The position numbers and the translations under genes were made by a program. This document shows, piece after piece, positions 24,086-38,970 of a stretch of 64,000 bases of DNA. Where the stretch lies: the NCBI RefSeq assembly GCF_009914755.1, contig NC_060942.1; one strand, 5' to 3'. The DNA comes from the human T2T-CHM13v2.0 reference genome, Homo sapiens. Below the pieces are notes generated by a model. That model was given only the letters and a program-made list of their open reading frames with translations. It ran no database searches and was not told the origin of the DNA. Numbering within the stretch: position 1 is the first letter of the stretch; the number at the start of each line of letters is the position of its first letter.

Positions 24086-25103
24086 TTTCGTGGGAAACGG
24101 GATTGTCTTCAGGTAAAATCTAGACAGAAGCATTCTCAGAAACTTCCTTGGGATGTTTGCATTCAAGTCACAGAGTAGAACATTCCCTTTGGTAGAGCAG
24201 GTTTGAAACACTCTTTTTTTAGTATATGGAAGTGGACATTTGGAGCGCTTTCAGGCCTACGTTGGAAAAGGAAATATCTTCCCATAACAACTAGACAGAA
24301 GCATTCTCAGAAACTAGTTTCTGATGTGTGTCCTCAACTAACACAGTTGAACATTTCTTTAGACAGAACAGTTTTGAAACACTCTTTTTGTGGTATCTGC
24401 AAGTGGCTATTTGGCTAGATTTGAGGATTTCGTTGGAAACGGGATTACATATAAAAAGCAGACTGCAGCATTCTCAGAAACTTCTTTGTGATGATTGCAT
24501 TCAAGTCACAGAATTGAACATTCCCTTTCACAGAGCAGGTTTGAAACACTCTTTGTATAGTGTGTGTAAGTGGACATTTGGAGCACTTTCCGGCCTAAGG
24601 TGAAAAAGGAAATATCTTCCCATAAAAACTAGACAGAAGCATTCTCAGAAAGTTACTCGTGATGTGTGTCCTCAACTAAAGAAGTAGAACCTTTCTTTTC
24701 ATAGATAAGTTTTGAAACGCTCTTTTTGTGGAATCTGCAAGTGGATATTTGGCTAGTTTTGAGGATTTCGTTGGAAGCGGGAATTCATACAAATTGCAGA
24801 CTGCAGCGTTCTGAGAAACATCTTTGTGATGTTTGTATTCAGGACACAGAGTTGAACATTCCCTATCATAGAGCAGGTTGGAATCACTCCTTTTGTAGTA
24901 TCTGGAAGTGGACATTTGGAGCGCTTTCAGGCCTATGTTGAAAAAGGAAATATCTTCCCATAACAACTAGACACAAGCATTCTCAGAAACTTGTTTGTGA
25001 TGTGTGCCCTCTACTGACAGAGCTGAACCTTTCTTTTCATAGAGCAGTTTTGAAACACTCTTTTTGTAGAATCTGCAAGAGGATATTTGCATAGCTTTGA
25101 GGA
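24086..25103 (+). repeat. 6-mer HOR structural variant type 1, copy 2
   Basis: C boxes at 24086 and 25104; same junctions and most of the same private SNVs. Confidence 0.93.
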
Positions 25104-26969
25104 TTTCGTGGGAAACGGGATTGTCTTCAGGTAAAATCTAGACAGAAGCATTCTCAGAAACTTCTTTGGGATGTTTGCATTCAAGTCACAGGGTAGAACA
25201 TTCCCTTTGGTAGAGCAGGTTTGAAACACTCTTTTTGTAGTATCTGGAAGTGGACATTTGGAGCGCTTTCAGGCCTATGTTGGAAAGGGAAATATCTTCC
25301 CGTAACAACTAGGCAGAAGCATTCTCAGAAACTTATTTGAGATGTGTGTACTCAACTAAGAGAATTGAACCACCGTTTTGAAGGAGCAGTTTTGAAACAC
25401 TCTTTTTCTGGAATCTGCAAGAGGATATTTGCCTAGCCTTGAGGATTTCGTTGGAAACGGGATTGTCTTCAGATCAAATCTAGACAGAAGCATTCTCAGA
25501 AACTTCTTTGGGATGTTTGCATTCAAGTCACAGAGTAGAACATTCCCTTTGGTAGAGCAGGTTTGAAACACTCTTTTTTTAGTATATGGAAGTGGACATT
25601 TGGAGCGCTTTCAGGCCTACGTTGGAAAAGGAAATATCTTACCATAACAACTAGACAGAAGCATTCTCAGAAACTAGTTTCTGATGTGTGTCCTCAACTA
25701 ACACAGTTGAACATTTCTTTAGACAGAACAGTTTTGAAACACTCTTTTTGTGGAATCTGCAAGTGGCTATTTGGCTAGATTTGAGGATTTCGTTGGAAAC
25801 GGGATTACATATAAAAAGCAGACAGCAGCATTCTCAGAAAGTTCTTTGTGATGATTGCATTCAAGTCACAGAATTGAACATTCCCTTTCACAGAGCAGGT
25901 TTGAAACACTCTTTTTGTAGTGTGTGTAAGTGGACATTTGGAGCACTTTCCGGCCTAAGGTGAAAAAGGGAATATCTTCCCATAAAAACTAGACAGAAGC
26001 ATTCTCAGAAACTTACTCGTGATGTGTGTCCTCAACTAAAGGAGTAGAACCTTTGTTTTCATAGAGAAGTTTTGAAACGCTCTTTTTGTGGAATCTGCAA
26101 GTGGATATTTGGCTAGTTTGGAGGATTTCGTTGGAAGCGGGAATTCATACAAATTGCAGACTGCAGCGTTCTGAGAAACATCTTTGTGATGTTTGTATTC
26201 AGGACACAGAGTTGAACATTCCCTATCATAGAGCAGGTTGGAATCACTCCTTTTGTGGTATCTGGAAGTGGACATTTGGAGCGCTTTCAGGCCTATGTTG
26301 GAAAAGGAAATATCTTCCCATAACAACTAGACAGAAGCATTCTCAGAAACTTATTTGAGATGTGTGTACTCAACTAAGAGAATTGAACCACCGTTTTGAA
26401 GGAGCAGTTTTGAAACACTCTTTTTCTGGAATCTGCAAGTGGATATTTGGCTAGCTTTGGGGATTTCGCTGGAAGCGGGAATACATATAAAAAGCACACA
26501 GCAGCGTTCTGAGAAACTGCTTTCTGATGTTTGCATTCAAGTCAAAAGTTGAACACTCCCTTTCATAGAGCAGTCCTGAAACACTCCTTTTGTAGTATCT
26601 GGAACTGGACTTTTGGAGCGCTTTCAGGGCTAAGGTGAAAAAGGAAATATCTTCCCATAAAAACTGGACAGAAGCATTCTCAGAAACTTGTTTATGCTGT
26701 ATCTACTCAACTAACAAAGTTGAACCTTTCTTTTGATAGAGGAGTTTTGAAATGCTCTTTTTGTGGAATCTGCAAGTGGATATTTGGCTAGTTTTGAGGA
26801 TTTCGTTGGAAGCGGGAATTCATACAAATTGCAGACTGCAGCGTTCTGAGAAACATCTTTGTGATGTTTGTATTCAGGACACAGAGTTGAACATTCCCTA
26901 TCATAGAGCAGGTTGGAATCACTCCTTTTGTAGTATCTGGAAGTGGACATTTGGAGCGCTTTCAGGCCT

Positions 26970-29900
26970 ATTTTGGAAAGGGAAATATCTTCCCGTAACA
27001 ACTATGCAGAAGCATTCTCAGAAACTTGTTTGTGATGTGTGCCCTCTACTGACAGAGTTGAACCTTTCTTTTCATAGAGCAGTTTTGAAACACTCTTTTT
27101 GTAGAATCTGCAAGAGGATATTTGCATAGCTTTGAGGATTTCGTGGGAAACGGGATTGTCTTCAGGTAAAATCTAGACAGAAGCATTCTCAGAAACTTCT
27201 TTGGGATGTTTGCATTCAAGTCACAGAGTAGAACATTCCCTTTGGTAGAGCAGGTTTGAAACACTCTTTTTGTAGTATCTGGAAGTGGACATTTGGAGCG
27301 CTTTCAGGCCCATGTTGGAAAGGGAAATATCTTCCCGTAACAACTAGGCAGAAGCATTCTCAGAAACTTATTTGAGATGTGTGTACTCAACTAAGAGAAT
27401 TGAACCACCGTTTTGAAGGAGCAGTTTTGAAACACTCTTTTTCTGGAATCTGCAAGAGTATATTTGCCTAGCCTTGAGGATTTCGTTGGAAACGGGATTG
27501 TCTTCAGAGAAAATCTAGACAGAAGCATTCTCAGAAACTTCTTTGGGATGTTTGCATTCAAGTCACAGAGTAGAACATTCCCTTTGGTAGAGCAGGTTTG
27601 AAACACTCTTTTTGTAGTATCTGGAAGTGGACATTTGGAGCGCTTTCAGGCCTACGTTGGAAAAGGAAATATCTTCCCATAACAACTAGACAGAAGCATT
27701 CTCAGAAACTAGTTTCTGATGTGTGTCCTCAACTAACACAGTTGAACATTTCTTTAGACAGAACAGTTTTGAAACACTCTTTTTGTGGAATCTGCAAGTG
27801 GCTATTTGGCTAGATTTGAGGATTTCGTTGGAAACGGGATTACATATAAAAAGCAGTCAGCGGCATTCTCAGAAAGTTCTTTGTGATGATTGCATTCAAG
27901 TCACAGAATTGAACGTTCCCTTTCACAGAGCAGGTTTGAAACACTCTTTTTGTAGTGTGTGTAAGTGGACATTTGGAGCACTTACCGGCCTAAGGTGAAA
28001 AAGGAAATATCTTCCCATAAAAACTAGACAGAAGCATTCTCAGAAACTTACTCGTGATGTGTGTCCTCAACTAAAGGAGTAGAACCTTTCTTTTCATAGA
28101 GAAGTTTTGAAACGCTCTTTTTGTGGAATCTGCAAGTGGATATTTGGCTAGTTTTGAGGATTTCGTTGGAAGCGGGAATTCATACAAATTGCAGACTGCA
28201 GCGTTCTGAGAAACATCTTTGTGATGTTTGTATTCAGGACACAGAGTTGAACATTCCCTATCATAGAGCAGGTTTGAATCACTCCTTTTGTAGTATCTGG
28301 AAGTGGACATTTGGAGCGCTTTCAGGCCTATGTTGGAAAAGGAAATATCTTCCCATAACAACTAGACAGAAGCATTCTCAGAAACTTATTTGAGATGTGT
28401 GTACTCAACTAAGAGAATTGAACCACCGTTTTGAAGGAGCAGTTTTGAAACTCTCTTTTTCTGGAATCTGCAAGTGGATATTTGGCTAGCTTTGGGGATT
28501 TCGCTGGAAGCGGGAATACATATAAAAAGCACACAGCAGCGTTCTGAGAAACTGCTTTCTGATGTTTGCATTCAAGTCAAAAGTTGAACACTCCCTTTCA
28601 TAGAGCAGTCCTGAAACACCCCTTTTGTAGTATCTGGAACTGGACTTTTGGAGCGATTTCAGGGCTAAGGTGAAAAAGGAAATATCTTCCCATAAAAACT
28701 GGACAGAAGCATTCTCAGAAACTTGTTTATGCTGTATCTACTCAACTAACAAAGTTGAACCTTTCTTTTGATAGAGCAGTTTTGAAATGCTCTTTTTGTG
28801 GAATCTGCAAGTGGATATTTGGCTAGTTTTGAGGATTTCGTTGGAAGCGGTAATTCATACAAATTGCAGACTGCAGCGTTCTGAGAAACATCTTTGTGAT
28901 GTTTGTATTCAGGACACAGAGTTGAACATTCCCTATCATAGAGCAGGTTGGAATCACTCCTTTTGTAGTATCTGGAAGTGGACATTTGGAGCGCTTTCAG
29001 GCCTATGTTGAAAAAGGAAATATCTTCCCATAACAACTAGACACAAGCATTCTCAGAAACTTGTTTGTGATGTGTGCCCTCTACTGACAGAGTTGAACCT
29101 TTCTTTTCATAGAGCAGTTTTGAAACACTCTTTTTGTAGAATCTGCAAGAGGATATTTGCATAGCTTTGAGGATTTCGTGGGAAACGGGATTGTCTTCAG
29201 GTAAAATCTAGACAGAAGCATTCTCAGAAACTTCTTTGGGATGTTTGCATTCAAGTCACAGAGTAGAACATTCCCTTTGGTAGAGCAGGTTTGAAACACT
29301 CTTTTTGTAGTATCTGGAAGTGGACATTTGGAGCGCTTTCAGGCCCATGTTGGAAAGGGAAATATCTTCCCGTAACAACTAGGCAGAAGCATTCTCAGAA
29401 ACTTATTTGAGATGTGTGTACTCAACTAAGAGAATTGAACCACCGTTTTGAAGGAGCAGTTTTGAAACACTCTTTTTCTGGAATCTGCAAGAGTATATTT
29501 GCCTAGCCTTGAGGATTTCGTTGGAAACGGGATTGTCTTCAGAGAAAATCTAGACAGAAGTATTCTCAGAAACTTCTTTGGGATGTTTGCATTCAAGTCA
29601 CAGAGTAGAACATTCCCTTTGGTAGAGCAGGTTTGAAACACTCTTTTTGTAGTATCTGGAAGTGGACATTTGGAGCGCTTTCAGGCCTACGTTGGAAAAG
29701 GAAATATCTTCCCATAACAACTAGACAGAAGCATTCTCAGAAACTAGTTTCTGATGTGTGTCCTCAACTAACACAGTTGAACATTTCTTTAGACAGAACA
29801 GTTTTGAAACACTCTTTTTGTGGAATCTGCAAGTGGCTATTTGGCTAGATTTGAGGATTTCGTTGGAAACGGGATTACATATAAAAAGCAGTCAGCAGCA

Positions 29901-32900
29901 TTCTCAGAAAGTTCTTTGTGATGATTGCATTCAAGTCACAGAATTGAACATTCCCTTTCACAGAGCAGGTTTGAAACACTCTTTTTGTAGTGTGTGTAAG
30001 TGGACATTTGGAGCACTTACCGGCCTAAGGTGAAAAAGGAAATATCTTCCCATAAAAACTAGACAGAAGCATTCTCAGAAACTTACTCGTGATGTGTGTC
30101 CTCAACTAAAGGAGTAGAACCTTTCTTTTCATAGAGAAGTTTTGAAACGCTCTTTTTGTGGAATCTGCAAGTGGATATTTGGCTAGTTTTGAGGATTTCG
30201 TTGGAAGCGGGAATTCATACAAATTGCAGACTGCAGCGTTCTGAGAAACATCTTTGTGATGTTTGTATTCAGGACACAGAGTTGAACATTCCCTATCATA
30301 GAGCAGGTTTGAATCACTCCTTTTGTAGTATCTGGAAGTGGACATTTGGAGCGCTTTCAGGCCTATGTTGGAAAAGGAAATATCTTCCCATAACAACTAG
30401 ACAGAAGCATTCTCAGAAACTTATTTGAGATGTGTGTACTCAACTAAGAGAATTGAACCACCGTTTTGAAGGAGCAGTTTTGAAACTCTCTTTTTCTGGA
30501 ATCTGCAAGTGGATATTTGGCTAGCTTTGGGGATTTCGCTGGAAGCGGGAATACATATAAAAAGCACACAGCAGCGTTCTGAGAAACTGCTTTCTGATGT
30601 TTGCATTCAAGTCAAAAGTTGAACACTCCCTTTCATAGGGCAGTCCTGAAACACCCCTTTTGTAGTATCTGGAACTGGACTTTTGGAGCGATTTCAGGGC
30701 TAAGGTGAAAAAGGAAATATCTTCCCATAAAAACTGGACAGAAGCATTCTCAGAAACTTGTTTATGCTGTATCTACTCAACTAACAAAGTTGAACCTTTC
30801 TTTTGATAGAGCAGTTTTGAAATGGTCTTTTTGTGGAATCTGCAAGTGGATATTTGGCTAGTTTTGAGGATTTCGTTGGAAGCGGGAATTCATACAAATT
30901 GCAGACTGCAGCGTTCTGAGAAACATCTTTGTGATGTTTGTATTCAGGACACAGAGTTGAACATTCCCTATCATAGAGCAGGTTGGAATCACTCCTTTTG
31001 TAGTATCTGGAAGTGGACATTTGGAGCGCTTTCAGGCCTATTTTGGAAAGGGAAATATCTTCCCGTAACAACTATGCAGAAGCATTCTCAGAAACTTGTT
31101 TGTGATGTGTGCCCTCTACTGACAGAGTTGAACCTTTCTTTTCATAGAGCAGTTTTGAAACACTCTTTTTGTAGAATCTGCAAGAGGATATTTGCATAGC
31201 TTTGAGGATTTCGTGGGAAACGGGATTGTCTTCAGGTAAAATCTAGACAGAAGCATTCTCAGAAACTTCTTTGGGATGTTTGCATTCAAGTCACAGAGTA
31301 GAACATTCCCTTTGGTAGAGCAGGTTTGAAACACTCTTTTTGTAGTATCTGGAAGTGGACATTTGGAGCGCTTTCAGACCCATGTTGGAAAGGGAAATAT
31401 CTTCCCGTAACAACTAGGCAGAAGCATTCTCAGAAACTTATTTGAGATGTGTGTACTCAACTAAGAGAATTGAACCACCGTTTTGAAGGAGCAGTTTTGA
31501 AACACTCTTTTTCTGGAATCTGCAAGAGTATATTTGCCTAGCCTTGAGGATTTCGTTGGAAACGGGATTGTCTTCAGAGAAAATCTAGACAGAAGCATTC
31601 TCAGAAACTTCTTTGGGATGCTTGCATTCAAGTCACAGAGTAGAACATTCCCTTTGGTAGAGCAGGTTTGAAACACTCTTTTTTTAGTATCTGGAAGTGG
31701 ACATTTGGAGCGCTTTCAGGCCTACGTTGGAAAAGGAAATATCTTCCCATAACAACTAGACAGAAGCATTCTCAGAAACTAGTTTCTGATGTGTGTCCTC
31801 AACTAACACAGTTGAACATTTCTTTAGACAGAACAGTTTTGAAACACTCTTTTTGTGGAATCTGCAAGTGGCTATTTGGCTAGATTTGAGGATTTCGTTG
31901 GAAACGGGATTACATATAAAAAGCAGTCAGCAGCATTCTCAGAAAGTTCTTTGTGATGATTGCATTCAAGTCACAGAATTGAACATTCCCTTTCACAGAG
32001 CAGGTTTGAAACACTCTTTTTGTAGTGTGTGTAAGTGGACATTTGGAGCACTTACCGGCCTAAGGTGAAAAAGGAAATATCTTCCCATAAAAACTAGACA
32101 GAAGCATTCTCAGAAACTTACTCGTGATGTGTGTCCTCAACTAAAGGAGTAGAACCTTTCTTTTCATAGAGAAGTTTTGAAACGCTCTTTTTGTGGAATC
32201 TGCAAGTGGATATTTGGCTAGTTTTGAGGATTTCGTTGGAAGCGGGAATTCATACAAATTGCAGACTGCAGCGTTCTGAGAAACATCTTTGTGATGTTTG
32301 TATTCAGGACACAGAGTTGAACATTCCCTATCATAGAGCAGGTTTGAATCACTCCTTTTGTAGTATCTGGAAGTGGACATTTGGAGCACTTTCAGGCCTA
32401 TGTTGGAAAAGGAAATATCTTCCCATAACAACTAGACAGAAGCATTCTCAGAAACTTATTTGAGATGTGTGTACTCAACTAAGAGAATTGAACCACCGTT
32501 TTGAAGGAGCAGTTTTGAAACACTCTTTTTCTGGAATCTGCGAGTGGATATTTGTCTAGCTTTGGGGATTTCGCTGGAAGCGGGAATACATATAAAAAGC
32601 ACACAGCAGCGTTCTGAGAAACTGCTTTCTGATGTTTGCATTCAAGTCAAAAGTTGAACACTCCCTTTCATAGAGCAGTCCTGAAACACCCCTTTTGTAG
32701 TATCTGGAACTGGACTTTTGGAGCGATTTCAGGGCTAAGGTGAAAAAGGAAATATCTTCCCATAAAAACTGGACAGAAGCATTCTCAGAAACTTGTTTAT
32801 GCTGTATCTACTCAACTAACAAAGTTGAACCTTTCTTTTGATAGAGCAGTTTTGAAATGGTCTTTTTGTGGAATCTGCAAGTGGATATTTGGCTAGTTTT

Positions 32901-35900
32901 GAGGATTTCGTTGGAAGCGGGAATTCATACAAATTGCAGACTGCAGCGTTCTGAGAAACATCTTTGTGATGTTTGTATTCAGGACACAGAGTTGAACATT
33001 CCCTATCATAGAGCAGGTTGGAATCACTCCTTTTGTAGTATCTGGAAGTGGACATTTGGAGCGCTTTCAGGCCTATGTTGAAAAAGGAAATATCTTCCCA
33101 TAACAACTAGACACAAGCATTCTCAGAAACTTGTTTGTGATGTGTGCCCTCTACTGACAGAGTTGAACCTTTCTTTTCATAGAGCAGTTTTGAAACACTC
33201 TTTTTGTAGAATCTGCAAGAGGATATTTGCATAGCTTTGAGGATTTCGTGGGAAACGGGATTGTCTTCAGGTAAAATCTAGACAGAAGCATTCTCAGAAA
33301 CTTCTTTGGGATGTTTGCATTCAAGTCACAGAGTAGAACATTCCCTTTGGTAGAGCAGGTTTGAAACACTCTTTTTGTAGTATCTGGAAGTGGACATTTG
33401 GAGCGCTTTCAGGCCCATGTTGGAAAGGGAAATATCTTCCCGTAACAACTAGGCAGAAGCATTCTCAGAAACTTATTTGAGATGTGTGTACTCAACTAAG
33501 AGAATTGAACCACCGTTTTGAAGGAGCAGTTTTGAAACACTCTTTTTCTGGAATCTGCAAGAGTATATTTGCCTAGCCTTGAGGATTTCGTTGGAAACGG
33601 GATTGTCTTCAGAGAAAATCTAGACAGAAGCATTCTCAGAAACTTCTTTGGGATGCTTGCATTCAAGTCACAGAGTAGAACATTCCCTTTGGTAGAGCAG
33701 GTTTGAAACACTCTTTTTGTAGTATCTGGAAGTGGACATTTGGAGCGCTTTCAGGCCTACGTTGGAAAAGGAAATATCTTCCCATAACAACTAGACAGAA
33801 GCATTCTCAGAAACTAGTTTCTGATGTGTGTCCTCAACTAACACAGTTGAACATTTCTTTAGACAGAACAGTTTTGAAACACTCTTTTTGTGGAATCTGC
33901 AAGTGGCTATTTGGCTAGATTTGAGGATTTCGTTGGAAACGGGATTACATATAAAAAGCAGTCAGCAGCATTCTCAGAAAGTTCTTTGTGATGATTGCAT
34001 TCAAGTCACAGAATTGAACATTCCCTTTCACAGAGCAGGTTTGAAACACTCTTTTTGTAGTGTGTGTAAGTGGACATTTGGAGCACTTACCGGCCTAAGG
34101 TGAAAAAGGAAATATCTTCCCATAAAAACTAGACAGAAGCATTCTCAGAAACTTACTCGTGATGTGTGTCCTCAACTAAAGGAGTAGAACCTTTCTTTTC
34201 ATAGAGAAGTTTTGAAACGCTCTTTTTGTGGAATCTGCAAGTGGATATTTGGCTAGTTTTGAGGATTTCGTTGGAAGCGGGAATTCATACAAATTGCAGA
34301 CTGCAGCGTTCTGAGAAACATCTTTGTGATGTTTGTATTCAGGACACAGAGTTGAACATTCCCTATCATAGAGCAGGTTTGAATCACTCCTTTTGTAGTA
34401 TCTGGAAGTGGACATTTGGAGCGCTTTCAGGCCTATGTTGGAAAAGGAAATATCTTCCCATAACAACTAGACAGAAGCATTCTCAGAAACTTATTTGAGA
34501 TGTGTGTACTCAACTAAGAGAATTGAACCACCGTTTTGAAGGAGCAGTTTTGAAACTCTCTTTTTCTGGAATCTGCAAGTGGATATTTGGCTAGCTTTGG
34601 GGATTTCGCTGGAAGCGGGAATACATATAAAAAGTACACAGCAGCGTTCTGAGAAACTGCTTTCTGATGTTTGCATTCAAGTCAAAAGTTGAACACTCCC
34701 TTTCATAGAGCAGTCCTGAAACACCCCTTTTGTAGTATCTGGAACTGAACTTTTGGAGCGATTTCAGGGCTAAGGTGAAAAAGGAAATATCTTCCCATAA
34801 AAACTGGACAGAAGCATTCTCAGAAACTTGTTTATGCTGTATCTACTCAACTAACAAAGTTGAACCTTTCTTTTGATAGAGCAGTTTTGAAATGGTCTTT
34901 TTGTGGAATCTGCAAGTGGATATTTGGCTAGTTTTGAGGATTTCGTTGGAAGCGGGAATTCATACAAATTGCAGACTGCAGCGTTCTGAGAAACATCTTT
35001 GTGATGTTTGTATTCAGGACACAGAGTTGAACATTCCCTATCATAGAGCAGGTTGGAATCACTCCTTTTGTAGTATCTGGAAGTGGACATTTGGAGCGCT
35101 TTCAGGCCTATTTTGGAAAGGGAAATATCTTCCCGTAACAACTATGCAGAAGCATTCTCAGAAACTTGTTTGTGATGTGTGCCCTCTACTGACAGAGTTG
35201 AACCTTTCTTTTCATAGAGCAGTTTTGAAACACTCTTTTTGTAGAATCTGCAAGAGGATATTTGCATAGCTTTGAGGATTTCGTGGGAAACGGGATTGTC
35301 TTCAGGTAAAATCTAGACAGAAGCATTCTCAGAAACTTCTTTGGGATGTTTGCATTCAAGTCACAGAGTAGAACATTCCCTTTGGTAGAGCAGGTTTGAA
35401 ACACTCTTTTTGTAGTATCTGGAAGTGGACATTTGGAGCGCTTTCAGGCCCATGTTGGAAAGGGAAATATCTTCCCGTAACAACTAGGCAGAAGCATTCT
35501 CAGAAACTTATTTGAGATGTGTGTACTCAACTAAGAGAATTGAACCACCGTTTTGAAGGAGCAGTTTTGAAACACTCTTTTTCTGGAATCTGCAAGAGGA
35601 TATTTGCCTAGCCTTGAGGATTTCGTTGGAAACGGGATTGTCTTCAGAGAAAATCTAGACAGAAGCATTCTCAGAAACTTCTTTGGGATGCTTGCATTCA
35701 AGTCACAGAGTAGAACATTCCCTTTGGTAGAGCAGGTTTGAAACACTCTTTTTTTAGTATCTGGAAGTGGACATTTGGAGCGCTTTCAGGCCTACGTTGG
35801 AAAAGGAAATATCTTCCCATAACAACTAGACAGAAGCATTCTCAGAAACTAGTTTCTGATGTGTGTCCTCAACTAACACAGTTGAACATTTCTTTAGACA

Positions 35901-38900
35901 GAACAGTTTTGAAACACTCTTTTTGTGGAATCTGCAAGTGGCTATTTGGCTAGATTTGAGGATTTCGTTGGAAACGGGATTACATATAAAAAGCAGTCAG
36001 CAGCATTCTCAGAAAGTTCTTTGTGATGATTGCATTCAAGTCACAGAATTGAACATTCCCTTTCACAGAGCAGGTTTGAAACACTCTTTTTGTAGTGTGT
36101 GTAAGTGGACATTTGGAGCACTTACCGGCCTAATGTGAAAAAGGAAATATCTTCCCATAAAAACTAGACAGAAGCATTCTCAGAAACTTACTCGTGATGT
36201 GTGTCCTCAACTAAAGGAGTAGAACCTTTCTTTTCATAGAGAAGTTTCGAAACGCTCTTTTTGTGGAATCTGCAAGTGGATATTTGGCTAGTTTTGAGGA
36301 TTTCGTTGGAAGCGGGAATTCATACAAATTGCAGACTGCAGCGTTCTGAGAAACATCTTTGTGATGTTTGTATTCAGGACACAGAGTTGAACATTCCCTA
36401 TCATAGAGCAGGTTTGAATCACTCCTTTTGTAGTATCTGGAAGTGGACATTTGGAGCGCTTTCAGGCCTATGTTGGAAAAGGAAATATCTTCCCATAACA
36501 ACTAGACAGAAGCATTCTCAGAAACTTATTTGAGATGTGTGTACTCAACTAAGAGAATTGAACCACCGTTTTGAAGGAGCAGTTTTGAAACTCTCTTTTT
36601 CTGGAATCCGCAAGTGGATATTTGGCTAGCTTTGGGGATTTCGCTGGAAGCGGGAATACATATAAAAAGCACACAGCAGCGTTCTGAGAAACTGCTTTCT
36701 GATGTTTGCATTCAAGTCAAAAGTTGAACACTCCCTTTCATAGAGCAGTCCTGAAACACCCCTTTTGTAGTATCTGGAACTGGACTTTTGGAGCGATTTC
36801 AGGGCTAAGGTGAAAAAGGAAATATCTTCCCATAAAAACTGGACAGAAGCATTCTCAGAAACTTGTTTATGCTGTATCTACTCAACTAACAAAGTTGAAC
36901 CTTTCTTTTGATAGAGCAGTTTTGAAATGGTCTTTTTGTGGAATCTGCAAGTGGATATTTGGCTAGTTTTGAGGATTTCGTTGGAAGCGGGAATTCATAC
37001 AAATTGCAGACTGCAGCGTTCTGAGAAACATCTTTGTGATGTTTGTATTCAGGACACAGAGTTGAACATTCCCTATCATAGAGCAGGTTGGAATCACTCC
37101 TTTTGTAGTATCTGGAAGTGGACATTTGGAGCGCTTTCAGGCCTATTTTGGAAAGGGAAATATCTTCCCGTAACAACTATGCAGAAGCATTCTCAGAAAC
37201 TTGTTTGTGATGTGTGCCCTCTACTGACAGAGTTGAACCTTTCTTTTCATAGAGCAGTTTTGAAACACTCTTTTTGTAGAATCTGCAAGAGGATATTTGC
37301 ATAGCTTTGAGGATTTCGTGGGAAACGGGATTGTCTTCAGGTAAAATCTAGACAGAAGCATTCTCAGAAACTTCTTTGGGATGTTTGCATTCAAGTCACA
37401 GAGTAGAACATTCCCTTTGGTAGAGCAGGTTTGAAACACTCTTTTTGTAGTATCTGGAAGTGGACATTTGGAGCGCTTTCAGGCCCATGTTGGAAAGGGA
37501 AATATCTTCCCGTAACAACTAGGCAGAAGCATTCTCAGAAACTTATTTGAGATGTGTGTACTCAACTAAGAGAATTGAACCACCGTTTTGAAGGAGCAGT
37601 TTTGAAACACTCTTTTTCTGGAATCTGCAAGAGTATATTTGCCTAGCCTTGAGGATTTCGTTGGAAACGGGATTGTCTTCAGAGAAAATCTAGACAGAAG
37701 CATTCTCAGAAACTTCTTTGGGATGCTTGCATTCAAGTCACAGAGTAGAACATTCCCTTTGGTAGAGCAGGTTTGAAACACTCTTTTTTTAGTATATGGA
37801 AGTGGACATTTGGAGCGCTTTCAGGCCTACGTTGGAAAAGGAAATATCTTCCCATAACAACTAGACAGAAGCATTCTCAGAAACTAGTTTCTGATGTGTG
37901 TCCTCAACTAACACAGTTGAACATTTCTTTAGACAGAACAGTTTTGAAACACTCTTTTTGTGGAATCTGCAAGTGGCTATTTGGCTAGATTTGAGGATTT
38001 CGTTGGAAACGGGATTACATATAAAAAGCAGTCAGCAGCATTCTCAGAAAGTTCTTTGTGATGATTGCATTCAAGTCACAGAATTGAACATTCCCTTTCA
38101 CAGAGCAGGTTTGAAACACTCTTTTTGTAGTGTGTGTAAGTGGACATTTGGAGCACTTACCGGCCTAAGGTGAAAAAGGAAATATCTTCCCATAAAAACT
38201 AGACAGAAGCATTCTCAGAAACTTACTCGTGATGTGTGTCCTCAACTAAAGGAGTAGAACCTTTCTTTTCATAGAGAAGTTTTGAAACGCTCTTTTTGTG
38301 GAATCTGCAAGTGGATATTTGGCTAGTTTTGAGGATTTCGTTGGAAGCGGGAATTCATACAAATTGCAGACTGCAGCGTTCTGAGAAACATCTTTGTGAT
38401 GTTTGTATTCAGGACACAGAGTTGAACATTCCCTATCATAGAGCAGGTTTGAATCACTCCTTTTGTAGTATCTGGAAGTGGACATTTGGAGCGCTTTCAG
38501 GCCTATTTTGGAAAAGGAAATATCTTCCCATAACAACTAGACAGAAGCATTCTCAGAAACTTATTTGAGATGTGTGTACTCAACTAAGAGAATTGAACCA
38601 CCGTTTTGAAGGAGCAGTTTTGAAACTCTCTTTTTCTGGAATCTGCAAGTGGATATTTGGCTAGCTTTGGGGATTTCGCTGGAAGCGGGAATACATATAA
38701 AAAGCACACAGCAGCGTTCTGAGAAACTGCTTTCTGATGTTTGCATTCAAGTCAAAAGTTGAACACTCCCTTTCATAGAGCAGTCCTGAAACACCCCTTT
38801 TGTAGTATCTGGAACTGGACTTTTGGAGCGATTTCAGGGCTAAGGTGAAAAAGGAAATATCTTCCCATAAAAACTGGACAGAAGCATTCTCAGAAACTTG

Positions 38901-38970
38901 TTTATGCTGTATCTACTCTACTAAAAAAGTTGAACCTTTCTTTTGATAGAGCAGTTTTGAAATGGTCTTT
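26970..38970 (+). repeat. HOR haplotype block II (about six 12-mers)
   Basis: Linked SNVs GGCcCATG, GAGtATAT, CAGAgaAAATCT, GCAGtCAG, CTTaCCGG, ACAcCCC, GCGaTTTC, AATGgTC and GATGcTTG. Confidence 0.9.
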
